This document shows, in pieces, positions 10,870 through 21,188 of a stretch of 64,000 nucleotides of DNA. The notes under the pieces are model-generated. The model made no database searches. It was not told where the DNA came from and saw only the letters and a program-made list of their open reading frames with translations. A program made the translations under genes and the position numbers. The stretch lies in the NCBI GenBank assembly GCA_965222605.1, contig OZ244960.1, positions 4,000,001 to 4,064,000 of the forward strand, given 5' to 3'. Every line of letters begins with the position of its first letter. The first letter of the stretch is position 1. Origin of the DNA: Candidatus Latescibacterota bacterium. GTDB lineage: Bacteria > Latescibacterota > UBA2968.

Positions 10870-11693
10870 TGAACCATAGTTGCTCCGCCCGATACGCTGA
10901 TTGCCTGTCCGGTCATGTAATCGCCATCGGATGAAGCCAAAAATGCAGCGACGTTTGCCACATCTTCTGGCTGTCCAATGCGACCGAGTGGGTTGTTCTG
11001 AGAGGAGCGTTCGACCATTCGCGCTTGAAATTCCTCGGTCGATGTTCCTCTGGGTTTTAATCCGCTGGCTATGCCGTGCAGGCGTTCGGTTTCAATGAGG
11101 CCGGGGCAAATTGCGTTGACGTGGATGCCATAGGGACCCATTTCCTGGGCGAGGCATTGCGTGAACCCGATGACGGCAAATTTTGAGGTGCAATAGGCCG
11201 CGAATCTGGCGACTCCGCGCAGTCCCGAGGTTGATGAGATGTTGATAATTTTGCCCCCATTGTTTCGCTGGATGAGGTGGCGGACAACGGCGCGGGAACA
11301 CAAGAAGGTGCCTTTGACGTTTACGCGCTGAACGTGGTCGAAGACGTCTTCTTCTAATTCGGCAACGGGTACGCGGTCTGGCCCGGCGGGGGCACCCGCG
11401 TTGTTGACGAGAATGTCGATTTTGCCAAAGCGCGCGAGTGCAGTGTTCACCATTTGTTCGACTTGCTCTGCGCTGGTTACATCGACTTCTGTTGCGAGAA
11501 CCTGTCGTCCTATTGCTTCGATTTCTTCGGCAACCGCGGGCAATCCAGCCCAATCGCCGCGGGCATTTGCATCTATATCACAGATAACGATATCGGCGCC
11601 TTCTCGTGCAAAACGCAGCGCAATTGCACGCCCAATGCCGTGTTCACCACCGGCACCGGTTATCAGGGCGACTTTGTTTTTGAGATTGGACAT
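10866..11693 (-). CDS. Short-chain dehydrogenase/reductase
   Basis: TGAGG..GIG, NNAG, YCTSK. Confidence 0.92.
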   Translation of the reverse strand: MSNLKNKVALITGAGGEHGIGRAIALRFAREGADIVICDIDANARGDWAGLPAVAEEIEAIGRQVLATEVDVTSAEQVEQMVNTALARFGKIDILVNNAGAPAGPDRVPVAELEEDVFDHVQRVNVKGTFLCSRAVVRHLIQRNNGGKIINISSTSGLRGVARFAAYCTSKFAVIGFTQCLAQEMGPYGIHVNAICPGLIETERLHGIASGLKPRGTSTEEFQARMVERSSQNNPLGRIGQPEDVANVAAFLASSDGDYMTGQAISVSGGATMVH

Positions 11694-11774
11694 TTCTTCC
11701 CTTTCGCATGAAGTTGATGATGTCTATTATAGTGGGTCGTGAGAAAGAACGCAACAAGACCGAGAGGATGTGTT

Positions 11775-14579
11775 ATGGAATACACTGTTTTGTCAAAAAC
11801 AGGCTCGACGCGTGGCACGGCTTATGGGATGAGCAATAAAATTATTACGCACGAAGGCAAGACGCATGTGGTGTGGCTGGATCAGATTCACAAGACGTAT
11901 GTGGCAACATATTGTCACGAGGCGAAAACGTGGAGCGATCCAGTTTTTGTGGCAGATGGGGATGATAATCACGCGGGTGCAGCGATGACAATGGATTCCA
12001 GAGGGTATCTCTATCTCGCGTTTGGGCCGCATCACAATCCGATGCAACACGCGGTGAGTGTGAATCCCAATGATACGTCCGAGTGGAGACTGCTTACCCC
12101 TTTTGGCGGTGTGAATGCGACGTATCCCAGTCTGGTGTGTGATGCGCGCGATGTGTTGCACGCGTGTTATCGGGGGGCGTATGAGCGCGAGCGGCCCTGG
12201 GGTCTGTTTTATCAGAAGCGGTCTGTGGATGGGGATTGGGCAGTGCCGGTGAAGTTGGTCGATCCTCTGGGACCGCCAGCTTATGTACATGTTGAGAATT
12301 GTATCCATATTGAGGGCGATGTACTGTATTTGTCTTTTCACCTGGCGCGGAGCAACGAGGATAATCCGGGAGATACAAAGGGTCGCGGATTTGGCATTAT
12401 GCGGTCACGCGATTGGGGTGAGACATGGGAGACTGTGGCGGGGGAGAGACTCGACTTACCCGTGACACCAGATTCTCCGTGTGTGATTGAATACAGCGAT
12501 GGGTTCGATATTCGTATTGGCAATGTGGTGACCTGTGCGGGCGATGTGGTACTTTTTACGTTGAACCGGCGAGAGTGCGAGGCCGACGAGACGTTTTTGT
12601 ATCGCTGGCAAAAGGGGAAATGGGAGCGCAAGTCTTTTTTGCCTTTGGCTGAGAAAGTTTTTGGGCTGTGTGCGATGTCAGATCGGTGTGTGTTGAGTGT
12701 GTCAAAGGATGGGGTGCTGTACGCGGCGGGTGTGGTGTGTAAGCGCGGCGGGCATTGGGCCGATCCGACAAATGCGATTGTGTTGTTTGTATCGCGGGAT
12801 GTGGGTGAGACCTGGCGGGCATACCGGGTTTCGCCGGAAGACGAGACGGTATCAGACTGGTTGCCGAGTTTGGAACGTTGTGCTACGCCCGCGAATAAGA
12901 TTGGGGTTCCCCAGCTTTTGTACACGCACGGTGAAATAGGTGAAGGGTGTAGCCCGGATATTGATACGGAGATTCGGCATGTGTTTTTGGACGAGGTTGC
13001 CGAGCGCGAAAATGCACTGGTGGATCGCGCTGTATCGGGGTTGGCAGATATTGCCCGGTTGCCATTTCCCAGGGCGCAATGGCAAAAGGTACGGGGACAA
13101 ATTGAAAAACAGGGACGGCAATATGTTGCTTTGCGCAATGTGCCGGTGGGGTATGATGTTGAGCCACCTCTGGTGTTTTTGCCTGGGGATGTGCCCGAGG
13201 GCGAACAGCAGCCGTTTGTGCTGAGTGACGCAAATATTGCGCGGCCAGATGACGACGATGAGTTGGCTTTTTTGCCTGCGAGTTCTCTTGCGCGTTTGGT
13301 TGAGCAGAGGGAGATTTCTCCGGTTGAGTTGACGCGGTTGTATCTGGATCGTCTTACGCGTTATGGCGAGAAACTGAAGTGTGTGGTAACGCTGACAGAA
13401 GATCTGGCGATGGAACAGGCAAAAGCCGCTGAGGCGGAGATCGCAAAAGGCAATTATAGAGGTCCTTTACACGGCATTCCCTGGGGGGCGAAAGATTTGC
13501 TGAGCACAAAGGGTGTTCGCACAACGTGGGGTGCCACGCCGTTTAGAGATCGGGTGCCGGATGAGGATGCGAGTGTGGTGAAAAAATTGAGACAGGCGGG
13601 TGCTGTTCTGGTCGCCAAGTTGTCACTCGGTGCGCTGGCGTCGGGACCGACGTGGTTTAAGGGTATGACGCGCAATCCGTGGGATACCGAGACGGGATCG
13701 AGTGGGTCGTCGGCTGGCTCTGGCGCGGCAACCGCGGCGGGATTGGTGGGGTTCAGTATCGGGTCTGAAACACACGGTTCTATTGTATCGCCGAGCCACA
13801 CATGCGGTGTGGTGGGGTTGCGCCCGACTTATGGGCGCGTGAGTCGTTATGGGGCGATGGCGCTGAGCTGGACAATGGATAAATTGGGGCCTATGTGCCG
13901 CAGCGTGGAGGATTGTGCTGCGGTGTTTCACGCGATTTGTGGATCAGATGGGAGGGATCGCTCGGTGGTGGATGCGCCGTTTAACTGGTGTCCCGATGTG
14001 GATTTGTCTGCGTTGCGGATTGGGTATCTGACTTCTGAGTTTCAGGAGGAAGCAGATGGCGATGATCCCACTGGTGTTTATGCCGATGCGCTGGATGTGA
14101 TGCGCGGTTTGGGTGCTGATTTACAACCCGTTTTGTTGCCGGATTATCCGACGGATGCGATTACGATGGTGCTTCGGGTTGAAGCTTCCGCGATGTTTGA
14201 CGATGCAATGCTGCGCGGCGAGTTGGATGTGATGACGGAATCGGATAAGAGTGTGTGGCCCGATAATTTTCGGGCGGCGCGCGCGGTGACGGCTGTGGAG
14301 TATTTGCGGGCGCAGCGTTTGAGGGCTTTGCTGATGCGCGATGTGGCACAGGTGATGCAAAACTGGGATGCGGTGCTGGTGCCGCGTGGTGGCAGAACGA
14401 GTTTGGCTGTGACTAATTTGACGGGACATCCCGCGGTTATTTTGCCGTGTGGGTTTGCCGAGGGTACGCCGAGAGGGTTGACTTTTTTGGGGAACCTGTA
14501 CGATGAAACGACGATTCTAACTGTTGCACGGGCTTATGAACAGGCTACTGATTGGCACGCGATGCATCCGATAGTATGA
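11775..14579 (+). CDS. BNR-repeat beta-propeller fused to amidase-signature domain
   Basis: Asp-box-like SRDWGETW and SRDVGETW; amidase GIPWGAKD, SSGSSAGS, GSETHGSI. Confidence 0.85.
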   Translation: MEYTVLSKTGSTRGTAYGMSNKIITHEGKTHVVWLDQIHKTYVATYCHEAKTWSDPVFVADGDDNHAGAAMTMDSRGYLYLAFGPHHNPMQHAVSVNPNDTSEWRLLTPFGGVNATYPSLVCDARDVLHACYRGAYERERPWGLFYQKRSVDGDWAVPVKLVDPLGPPAYVHVENCIHIEGDVLYLSFHLARSNEDNPGDTKGRGFGIMRSRDWGETWETVAGERLDLPVTPDSPCVIEYSDGFDIRIGNVVTCAGDVVLFTLNRRECEADETFLYRWQKGKWERKSFLPLAEKVFGLCAMSDRCVLSVSKDGVLYAAGVVCKRGGHWADPTNAIVLFVSRDVGETWRAYRVSPEDETVSDWLPSLERCATPANKIGVPQLLYTHGEIGEGCSPDIDTEIRHVFLDEVAERENALVDRAVSGLADIARLPFPRAQWQKVRGQIEKQGRQYVALRNVPVGYDVEPPLVFLPGDVPEGEQQPFVLSDANIARPDDDDELAFLPASSLARLVEQREISPVELTRLYLDRLTRYGEKLKCVVTLTEDLAMEQAKAAEAEIAKGNYRGPLHGIPWGAKDLLSTKGVRTTWGATPFRDRVPDEDASVVKKLRQAGAVLVAKLSLGALASGPTWFKGMTRNPWDTETGSSGSSAGSGAATAAGLVGFSIGSETHGSIVSPSHTCGVVGLRPTYGRVSRYGAMALSWTMDKLGPMCRSVEDCAAVFHAICGSDGRDRSVVDAPFNWCPDVDLSALRIGYLTSEFQEEADGDDPTGVYADALDVMRGLGADLQPVLLPDYPTDAITMVLRVEASAMFDDAMLRGELDVMTESDKSVWPDNFRAARAVTAVEYLRAQRLRALLMRDVAQVMQNWDAVLVPRGGRTSLAVTNLTGHPAVILPCGFAEGTPRGLTFLGNLYDETTILTVARAYEQATDWHAMHPIV

Positions 14580-14585
14580 GGGGTG

Positions 14586-15452
14586 TTACTCATTTAGTAC
14601 AGATAAGAGGAATTCGCCGTAGCTGTTTTGCGCCATTGTTTGCGCTATTTGTTCGAGTTGTGCGGCGTCGATGTATCCCCGACGATAGGCGATTTCTTCG
14701 ATGCACGCAATTTTGAGGCCCTGACGTTCTTGAATTGCCTGGACAAAACCCGATGCCTGGTGAAGCGATTCAAATGTGCCGGTGTCGAGCCAGCAATACC
14801 CGCGGCCGAGCAATTCGACTGCGAGTTGTTTGCGTTTGAGATATTCTTCGTTCACATCGGTGATTTCGTATTCTCCACGGGCCGAGGGCGTGAGGTTGCG
14901 GGCAATGTCAACGACCTGGTTGTCATAAAAATACAGACCGGGAACGGCGTAGCGCGATTTGGGGTGTTCGGGTTTTTCTTCTATGCCGATGACGCGGCCT
15001 TTGCTGTCAAATTCGATGACGCCATATCGCTCGGGGTCGGTTACTGCATATCCAAAGATGAGACCGCCTTCGGTGAGTTGTCCCGCCCGGTGTAATATTT
15101 CGCCGAGTCCATGGCCGTAGAAGATGTTGTCACCGAAGATTAAGCAGGCGGGATCGTTGCCTATAAAATCGCTTCCGATCACAAATGACTGGGCAACGCC
15201 TTCGGGACGCGGTTGTTCGGCATAGGTGATGTTGAGGCCGAGATAGGAGCCGTCATCGAATAATCGCCGATAGAGGGGCAGGTCGTGGGGTGTGGAGATG
15301 ATCAAGATATCGCGGATGCCAGCCAGCATGAGGACGGAGAGGGGATAGTAGATCATGGGTTTGTCGTAAACGGGCTGGAGTTGTTTGCTGACCACGCGCG
15401 TGATGGGATAGAGGCGGGTGCCAGCCCCGCCTGCGAGTAAGATGCCTTTCAT
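14586..15452 (-). CDS. rfbA: Glucose-1-phosphate thymidylyltransferase
   Basis: [36 protein letters not shown]; RGEYEITD; WLDTGT. Confidence 0.96.
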   Translation of the reverse strand: MKGILLAGGAGTRLYPITRVVSKQLQPVYDKPMIYYPLSVLMLAGIRDILIISTPHDLPLYRRLFDDGSYLGLNITYAEQPRPEGVAQSFVIGSDFIGNDPACLIFGDNIFYGHGLGEILHRAGQLTEGGLIFGYAVTDPERYGVIEFDSKGRVIGIEEKPEHPKSRYAVPGLYFYDNQVVDIARNLTPSARGEYEITDVNEEYLKRKQLAVELLGRGYCWLDTGTFESLHQASGFVQAIQERQGLKIACIEEIAYRRGYIDAAQLEQIAQTMAQNSYGEFLLSVLNE

Positions 15453-15558
15453 ATATGTCTCCTGAAGGTTAGGCGTTAAATATGGACACTGGTATGCGAT
15501 ATTGTCAAGCAGTAGAACACATGATCTGGTATTTGGTTCGGTTTTTAAGGAGGTGATT

Positions 15559-16389
15559 ATGAGCGATAAAGGGTATGCGAATCCCGAGTTGTTGATCTCG
15601 CCGCGGGATTTGTACGAGAGCGATGCCGATGTCTGCATTGTGGATACGCGGCCGACGCATGCTTATGTCGCCGGGCATATTCCGGGTGCGCTTCATCTGG
15701 ATCTTTACGGGATCAGTTTGAACGATACGCGCGAAGAGGCATTTGATGCGTTTATGTGGATGCTCGGTTATTTGCTGGGCAATCGGGGTATTGGTACGGA
15801 TAAACCGGTGGTTTGGTACGAAGACGATTCCGGGGTACGCGCGGCGCGCGGTCTGTGGATTTGTGAATATCTGGGACATCGCGATGTGCGTGTGCTGGAT
15901 GGGGGGTGCAATGCCTGGAAGGCCATGGGTTATGAGTTGACGACGGATTGCGAGGAGGCCGCGTCCGCGGAGTTTGTCGCAGATGCGGTGCCGGGGCGTC
16001 ACATGGGGGCCGATGTCTTAAATGGTCTTTTGGGACGCGAGGATGTTGTGCCTCTGGATACGCGCGGTGACGATGAGTATTTCGGGCGCAATGTGCGGGC
16101 TGCGCGAGGGGGTGCTATTCCGGGTGCTGTGCATGTTGAGTATTTGAACAATCTGGATGAGACGGGGGCGTTTAAGCCAGCAGATGAATTGCGGGCGATG
16201 TACGAGGCAGTGGGTATTTCGCCCGATAAGGAGATTGTGCCTTACTGACAGGGTGGGTACCGCTCTTCCCACACGTACCTGGCATTGCGGTTGCTGGGTT
16301 ATGAGAAGGTTCGAAATTATATCGGGTCGTGGAAAGAGTGGGGTGACCGGCTGGATTTGCCGGTTGAGATGCCTGAGGAAGGGGAATAG
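15559..16389 (+). CDS. Two-domain rhodanese/sulfurtransferase, probable selenoprotein (Sec at TGA 16246-16248)
   Basis: AAGGAGG RBS; [20 protein letters not shown]; frame continues past TGA as [33 protein letters not shown] (rhodanese C-terminal signature) to TAG 16387-16389. Confidence 0.9.
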
Positions 16390-16393
16390 TAAA

Positions 16394-18739
16394 ATGGTAG
16401 ATCGAAAAACTATTTTGATGCAGGCGATGCGCGGCGATATAACTGTTGATGAGGCAGCCGATCAATTGGGTATTTCGCGCGGAGCGTTTCGGGATTTTCA
16501 ACGGCGGTTTTTGCGTCAAAAATTGCCCAAAACGCAGGAGATGGTCAAAGCACCGGTGGATCAGCCGGTGACGGTGTTGCGCGATCGATGGGGTGTGGCG
16601 CATATCGAAGCGGCTTCGATGGCGGATTGTTTTACTGCGCTGGGATATGCTATGGCGCAGGATCGGCTGTGGCAGATGGATTATATGCGGCGGTTGGCAC
16701 ACGGGCAATTGTCGGAGATTTTGGGGGCAGATTGTCTGGCGCAGGATCGCTTGCATCGAACGATTGGTTTGACGCGCGCGGCACAGGGTGCGGCTTCGGC
16801 GATGTCGGATGAGGTGAAGATGGTGTTGCAGTCTCTGGGCGGCGGTATTAATGCGTGGATGGAAGAGATGGGTGATCGGCGTTGTGTTGAGTTTGATTTG
16901 CTGGATTACGATCCCGCGCCGTGGACGGTGGTGGATTCGATTGCGATATGGAAATGGCGGTGGTGGATGCTGACGGGGCGGCTGAGTGGGGTTGCGGTAA
17001 ATGAGGCGGCCAAACGCCATTTGCCTCCCGATTTGTTCGATCTGTTTTTGACTACAGAGGCATCGGAAGAGACCATTGTTCCGTCTGATGAACCGGCTGG
17101 TGTGGGGGGATACGATACGGGGATTGGTAGCAATAATTGGGTGATTGGGGGCGAGCGGACGGCGAATGGCAAACCCGTGCTGGCAACGGATCCGCACAAT
17201 GATGTGAGTTTGTGCAGGCAGTGGTATCAGGCGCAGGTGCGTGCGCCGGGTATGGATGCAGTGGGTGCGTTTTTTTTGGGGACGCCGGGCATTTATCTGG
17301 GGCATACGCGCGATACGGCGTGGGGTGTGACCAATCACGCGGCTTCGGTGCGCGATGTGTACGTTGAAGAGGTGTCGTCAGAGGATGAGAATTTGTATCG
17401 GGATGGCGATACATGGTGTTCGTTTGAGGTGGATGAACAGGCGATTCCCGTGCGCGATGCCTCAGCGGATGAGCTGGTGATTCGTCGAACTCGTCGCGGC
17501 CCGGTTGTCAATGAGTTTGTGCCTGCCGTAGATGATGGCGAGCAACCCGTGCTGTCTATGCGCTGGGTGGGGTCTGAAGCGACTACGGGATTTGAGGCGA
17601 TGCTGGGGCTGATGCGGTCGAAAGATGTCGCACAGGTTTTGGATGCGCTCGCTAGATGGCCGATGCCCATTTTGAATTTTGTGTTTGCCGATTCCGATGG
17701 ACGGCTTGGATATCACGCGGTTGGGCATGTGCCAACGCGCAAGGCGGGAGACTTTGGGTTCCGAGCAGCAAATGATCCGGATCACGAATGGGGGGCACCG
17801 CATGCTTTTGACGAATTGCCGCATCTGGTGGATCCCGAACGCAATTGGGTGGCGACGGCAAATAATCCACCGTGGGGTGGCCGAGGTTCTTATCTGTCGC
17901 TGGGTTCGTGGTCGGAGGGATATCGATTTCGGCGGATTAAGGCGCGTATTGAGGAATTGGAGACACATACGCAGGAGAGTACGGGTGCCATTCATGCCGA
18001 TTTCGTACACGGTCGCGGGCAAGACCTGGCGCCGGTTGTCGCAGAGATCGCACTGAGAGCGAAAAATAAACGCTTGCGCGATCTGGGTGAGTTATTGCGC
18101 GGCTGGAATGGCGCGTATTCGGTTGATTCGGTTGCCGCTACGGTGTTTACGGCATTTTGGGAGCATTGGGTGCGCCGGGTGGTGCGGGTTCGGTTTCCCG
18201 ACGATGTGGTTCAATTGGTGGTGGGGCGAGGTGGCAGTGTGGCGCGGCGTGTGTTGACGGGCCAGGCGTTGGACTGGACGCCGGACGATTGGGATCTCGA
18301 TCGGGAGGTGCATGCGGCATTGGGCGATGCACTCGATTGGTTGCGCCGACGCGTGGGTCCGCGCAAATCGCAGTGGCGCTGGGGGCGTTTGCACACTGTA
18401 ACTTTTCGGCATCCACTGAGTGATGGCGGGGCGTTGTCAAAGATGTTTGATGTGGGGCCTTTTGAGTCGTCGGGGAGTACGGGAACTGTGCGCGCGACGG
18501 GGTATAATTTTGGCAAGCTGTTTGAGGTTGGGTCGCTTTCAACCTATCGGATGGTGGTGGATATGAGCAATCCTGCTCAGAGTATGGCGACGGCGGCAGG
18601 CGGACAGTCGGGGCATCCGCTCAGTCCAAATTATCGCACGCAGTCCGAATTGTGGGCCGCCGATGAGTACCACCCTCTGCTGATGGATTGGGAAGATATA
18701 GTGGGAAATTTACAAAGCAGGTTGGAGCTGAATCCGTAG
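16394..18739 (+). CDS. Penicillin acylase-family Ntn hydrolase with N-terminal HTH-like segment
   Basis: RDRWGVAHIEA, GYAMAQDRLWQMD..RR, GSNNW nucleophile, DPH, W.WG..H, GQSGHP.SPNY; ATG 4 nt after the sulfurtransferase stop. Confidence 0.9.
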   Translation: MVDRKTILMQAMRGDITVDEAADQLGISRGAFRDFQRRFLRQKLPKTQEMVKAPVDQPVTVLRDRWGVAHIEAASMADCFTALGYAMAQDRLWQMDYMRRLAHGQLSEILGADCLAQDRLHRTIGLTRAAQGAASAMSDEVKMVLQSLGGGINAWMEEMGDRRCVEFDLLDYDPAPWTVVDSIAIWKWRWWMLTGRLSGVAVNEAAKRHLPPDLFDLFLTTEASEETIVPSDEPAGVGGYDTGIGSNNWVIGGERTANGKPVLATDPHNDVSLCRQWYQAQVRAPGMDAVGAFFLGTPGIYLGHTRDTAWGVTNHAASVRDVYVEEVSSEDENLYRDGDTWCSFEVDEQAIPVRDASADELVIRRTRRGPVVNEFVPAVDDGEQPVLSMRWVGSEATTGFEAMLGLMRSKDVAQVLDALARWPMPILNFVFADSDGRLGYHAVGHVPTRKAGDFGFRAANDPDHEWGAPHAFDELPHLVDPERNWVATANNPPWGGRGSYLSLGSWSEGYRFRRIKARIEELETHTQESTGAIHADFVHGRGQDLAPVVAEIALRAKNKRLRDLGELLRGWNGAYSVDSVAATVFTAFWEHWVRRVVRVRFPDDVVQLVVGRGGSVARRVLTGQALDWTPDDWDLDREVHAALGDALDWLRRRVGPRKSQWRWGRLHTVTFRHPLSDGGALSKMFDVGPFESSGSTGTVRATGYNFGKLFEVGSLSTYRMVVDMSNPAQSMATAAGGQSGHPLSPNYRTQSELWAADEYHPLLMDWEDIVGNLQSRLELNP

Positions 18740-18857
18740 TCTGGCACGGTGTTTGCACAACTGATATGGTACCAGATTTTGGTCGTTTTTTGGTCGTTTT
18801 TTTCAATAGCAGGACAATTTTTTCATTTTGTTACCACACTGTGAGGAGTTTTGGCAT

Positions 18858-19946
18858 ATGAAATTGACGCTTTCGATACCGCGTTCTCGTCCGGCGCATC
18901 TGGCGAGCTTTTCCGCCCCAGATGGATGTGAAGCACCGTTGTTGCAGTTAAAGGGTAGAGGTGAGGTACTGATTGCCGAGCGCGATCCGTCTGCACCTGT
19001 GTATCACGTCAATCTGCCCGCGCTGGGCGGGGGTGAGGAAGCGAGTTTTGAGGTTTTGGCATTGGATAGTGCAGATGCGGCTGCGGGGATTGTGTCGCAT
19101 GATGCCGATGGCGAGCTAAGTGTTTCTCTGTCGGGTTCGCCATTTATGACGTTTCACCATACGACGGATTATCCCAAGCCGGTTATCAATCCGATTTTAA
19201 CGCCGAATGGGACCAATATGTTGCGCGAGCCGATGGCGGCATGGGGGGAGGGTGAACATCCCTGGCAGCGGGGTTTGACCTTGATGCAGGGTGCTATAAA
19301 TGGGGTGGATTGCTGGAACGAGCGGCCCAACCAACCGGGATATGGGCGCACGGCGCAGGACGATGTTTCTATTTCGCACAATCCATTGTCTCTTGTGATC
19401 GCTTCGGAAAATACGTGGTATGAAGGCGACCGCGCGTTGATGACCGATAGTCGTTCTTATCGGCTATACGATTCGGGTCGAGATGTCGCGGTTCTGGATA
19501 TTGCGCTTACTCTCAAGGCTTCTCACGGTGCTGTGACGATTGGGGATACCAAAGAAGGCGGCTTTTTGTGCATTCGCGTGAATCCGTCGATGAATGCCAA
19601 TGCCGGTGGGCAGATGCGCAATGCCTATGGCGCGACCGATGAGACGGGGTGCTGGTCGTTGCCCTCACATTGGATGGATTACTACGGTCCTGTGGGCGAT
19701 GAGGTGGCCGGGTTTGCCATTTTTGATCATCCGCAGAATTTCCGATATCCAACGACATGGCATGTGCGCGGTTATGGGTTGTTTGCGCCCAATTGCTGGA
19801 TGTTCAAGCCCGATCACCTTTTGGCCGAAGGCGCGTCTATGACGTTTTGCTGGCGCGTGATTGTTCACACAGGGGATACGGCGCAGGCCGATATTGCGAA
19901 TCGCTTTTTGGATTATGTGGATGGGCCGCGTGTGGCGTGGGCGTAG
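18858..19946 (+). CDS. DUF6807/'PmoA'-family (PF14100-like) protein
   Basis: HPWQRGL, EGGF..IRV, FDHPQNFRYPTTWHVRGYGLFAPN. Confidence 0.75.
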   Translation: MKLTLSIPRSRPAHLASFSAPDGCEAPLLQLKGRGEVLIAERDPSAPVYHVNLPALGGGEEASFEVLALDSADAAAGIVSHDADGELSVSLSGSPFMTFHHTTDYPKPVINPILTPNGTNMLREPMAAWGEGEHPWQRGLTLMQGAINGVDCWNERPNQPGYGRTAQDDVSISHNPLSLVIASENTWYEGDRALMTDSRSYRLYDSGRDVAVLDIALTLKASHGAVTIGDTKEGGFLCIRVNPSMNANAGGQMRNAYGATDETGCWSLPSHWMDYYGPVGDEVAGFAIFDHPQNFRYPTTWHVRGYGLFAPNCWMFKPDHLLAEGASMTFCWRVIVHTGDTAQADIANRFLDYVDGPRVAWA

Positions 19947-20070
19947 ATTGCATAATTTGTCCTGAAGGCGTAGTGGAATAACAAAAAATTGCCTTTGGGT
20001 CAAGAGGTCTTTATGCTATATTGCCAGATAGTTACACTCCACATTTACTAACGCGAGAGGAATTCAGGAT

Positions 20071-20358
20071 ATGGCTGTCACAGACCGATCACAAGAAACT
20101 GATAGGCACATCGGGCGGCTTGAAGGCATCATAGAGCAAATGGTTAAAGACCAGGCCGAGTATAGACAAGACATGCGTGCCATATCAAAAGGCACCATAG
20201 ATCAAATGGTTAAAGACCAGGCCGAGTATAGACAAGACATGCGTGCCATATCAAATCGTATAGATAACGTGACAAACCGTATAGATAAATTATTATATTG
20301 GCAATTGGGACTCTTGTCTGTGATTATCGGCGGTATAATCGGTATCTATTTCAAGTGA
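20071..20358 (+). CDS. Small coiled-coil protein with C-terminal TM helix
   Basis: RLEG..EQM, RID heptads, hydrophobic C-terminus; GAGAGG RBS. Confidence 0.75.
   Translation: MAVTDRSQETDRHIGRLEGIIEQMVKDQAEYRQDMRAISKGTIDQMVKDQAEYRQDMRAISNRIDNVTNRIDKLLYWQLGLLSVIIGGIIGIYFK
20122..20253 (+). repeat. 66-bp in-frame tandem duplication
   Basis: EGIIEQMVKDQAEYRQDMRAIS / KGTIDQMVKDQAEYRQDMRAIS; DNA identical from CAAATGGTT to ATATCA. Confidence 0.95.
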
Positions 20359-20474
20359 TGATAAAGAGTCCTCCGACACAGAAATTTCAATTTATTTTTC
20401 AAGCCTCGAGTTATCTCGAGGCTTTTCTTTTTCAATCTTAGTATAGCTTTCAGGAATTGAGTGGCTGATTACTT

Positions 20475-21188
20475 TTAACAACAACCTTTGACATCGGTGC
20501 CGGGTTCGGAATGGCAGCGGATAAATTCGTAAAAAAACGCGCCTGTAGTTGCGCCGAGAATGGGGCCGAATACGTAAGCGGAGAAATGGGTCCAATCACC
20601 GGCGGCCAGAGCGGGACCGAGGCTGCGTGCTGGGTTCATGGAGGCACCACAGAGCGGACCGGCAAACATGGCTTCAAACCATACGGTTCCGCCAATGGCC
20701 AGGCCGGCTGCCTGACCTGTGGCGCGGTAGTCTGTGGCAACGGCCATAATGACGAGCATTAAAAAAAAAGTGAGCAAGAATTCCCAGATGAAAGCTGTGG
20801 CAAATAGGTTATCCATCGGTTGTGTAACACCCAGGTTGAGGGTCTGCTGTGGGTGTTTTGCTTTCAGGATGGGTGTGAGAGACCAGAGGTGAATGCCGCT
20901 GGCGGCGATGGCACCGAGGCATTGCGCTGCGATGTAGGGGAGAATTTCGCGTTTGGGAAAGTGACGGGTGAAGGCAAAGGCAGTGGTGACGGCGGGGTTA
21001 AAGTGCGCGCCTGATATGTGCCCGGTGGCGTAAACCATTGTCATGATGATGAGGCCAAAGGATGTTGCAATGCCCACATGGGTGATGGTGCCTTCGGATA
21101 GCTGGTTGATGGCGATGGCTCCGCATCCGCCAAAGACGATGGCAAATGCGCCGATAAATTCAGCACCACATTTTTTGAGCAGGTTCAT
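20475..21188 (-). CDS. MIP-family aquaporin/aquaglyceroporin (NIP/AqpS-like)
   Basis: SGAHFNPAVT and GASMNPARS; ends ...RCHSEPGTDVKGCC. Confidence 0.92.
   Translation of the reverse strand: MNLLKKCGAEFIGAFAIVFGGCGAIAINQLSEGTITHVGIATSFGLIIMTMVYATGHISGAHFNPAVTTAFAFTRHFPKREILPYIAAQCLGAIAASGIHLWSLTPILKAKHPQQTLNLGVTQPMDNLFATAFIWEFLLTFFLMLVIMAVATDYRATGQAAGLAIGGTVWFEAMFAGPLCGASMNPARSLGPALAAGDWTHFSAYVFGPILGATTGAFFYEFIRCHSEPGTDVKGCC

Noticed and set aside
16157-16393. ORF-track N-terminal extension of the acylase
   Set aside because: It overlaps the read-through C-terminus of the sulfurtransferase in another frame; ATG 16394 is the better start
18858-19946. Methane monooxygenase
   Set aside because: The 'PmoA' family label is misleading; this is a soluble protein with no pmoCAB features
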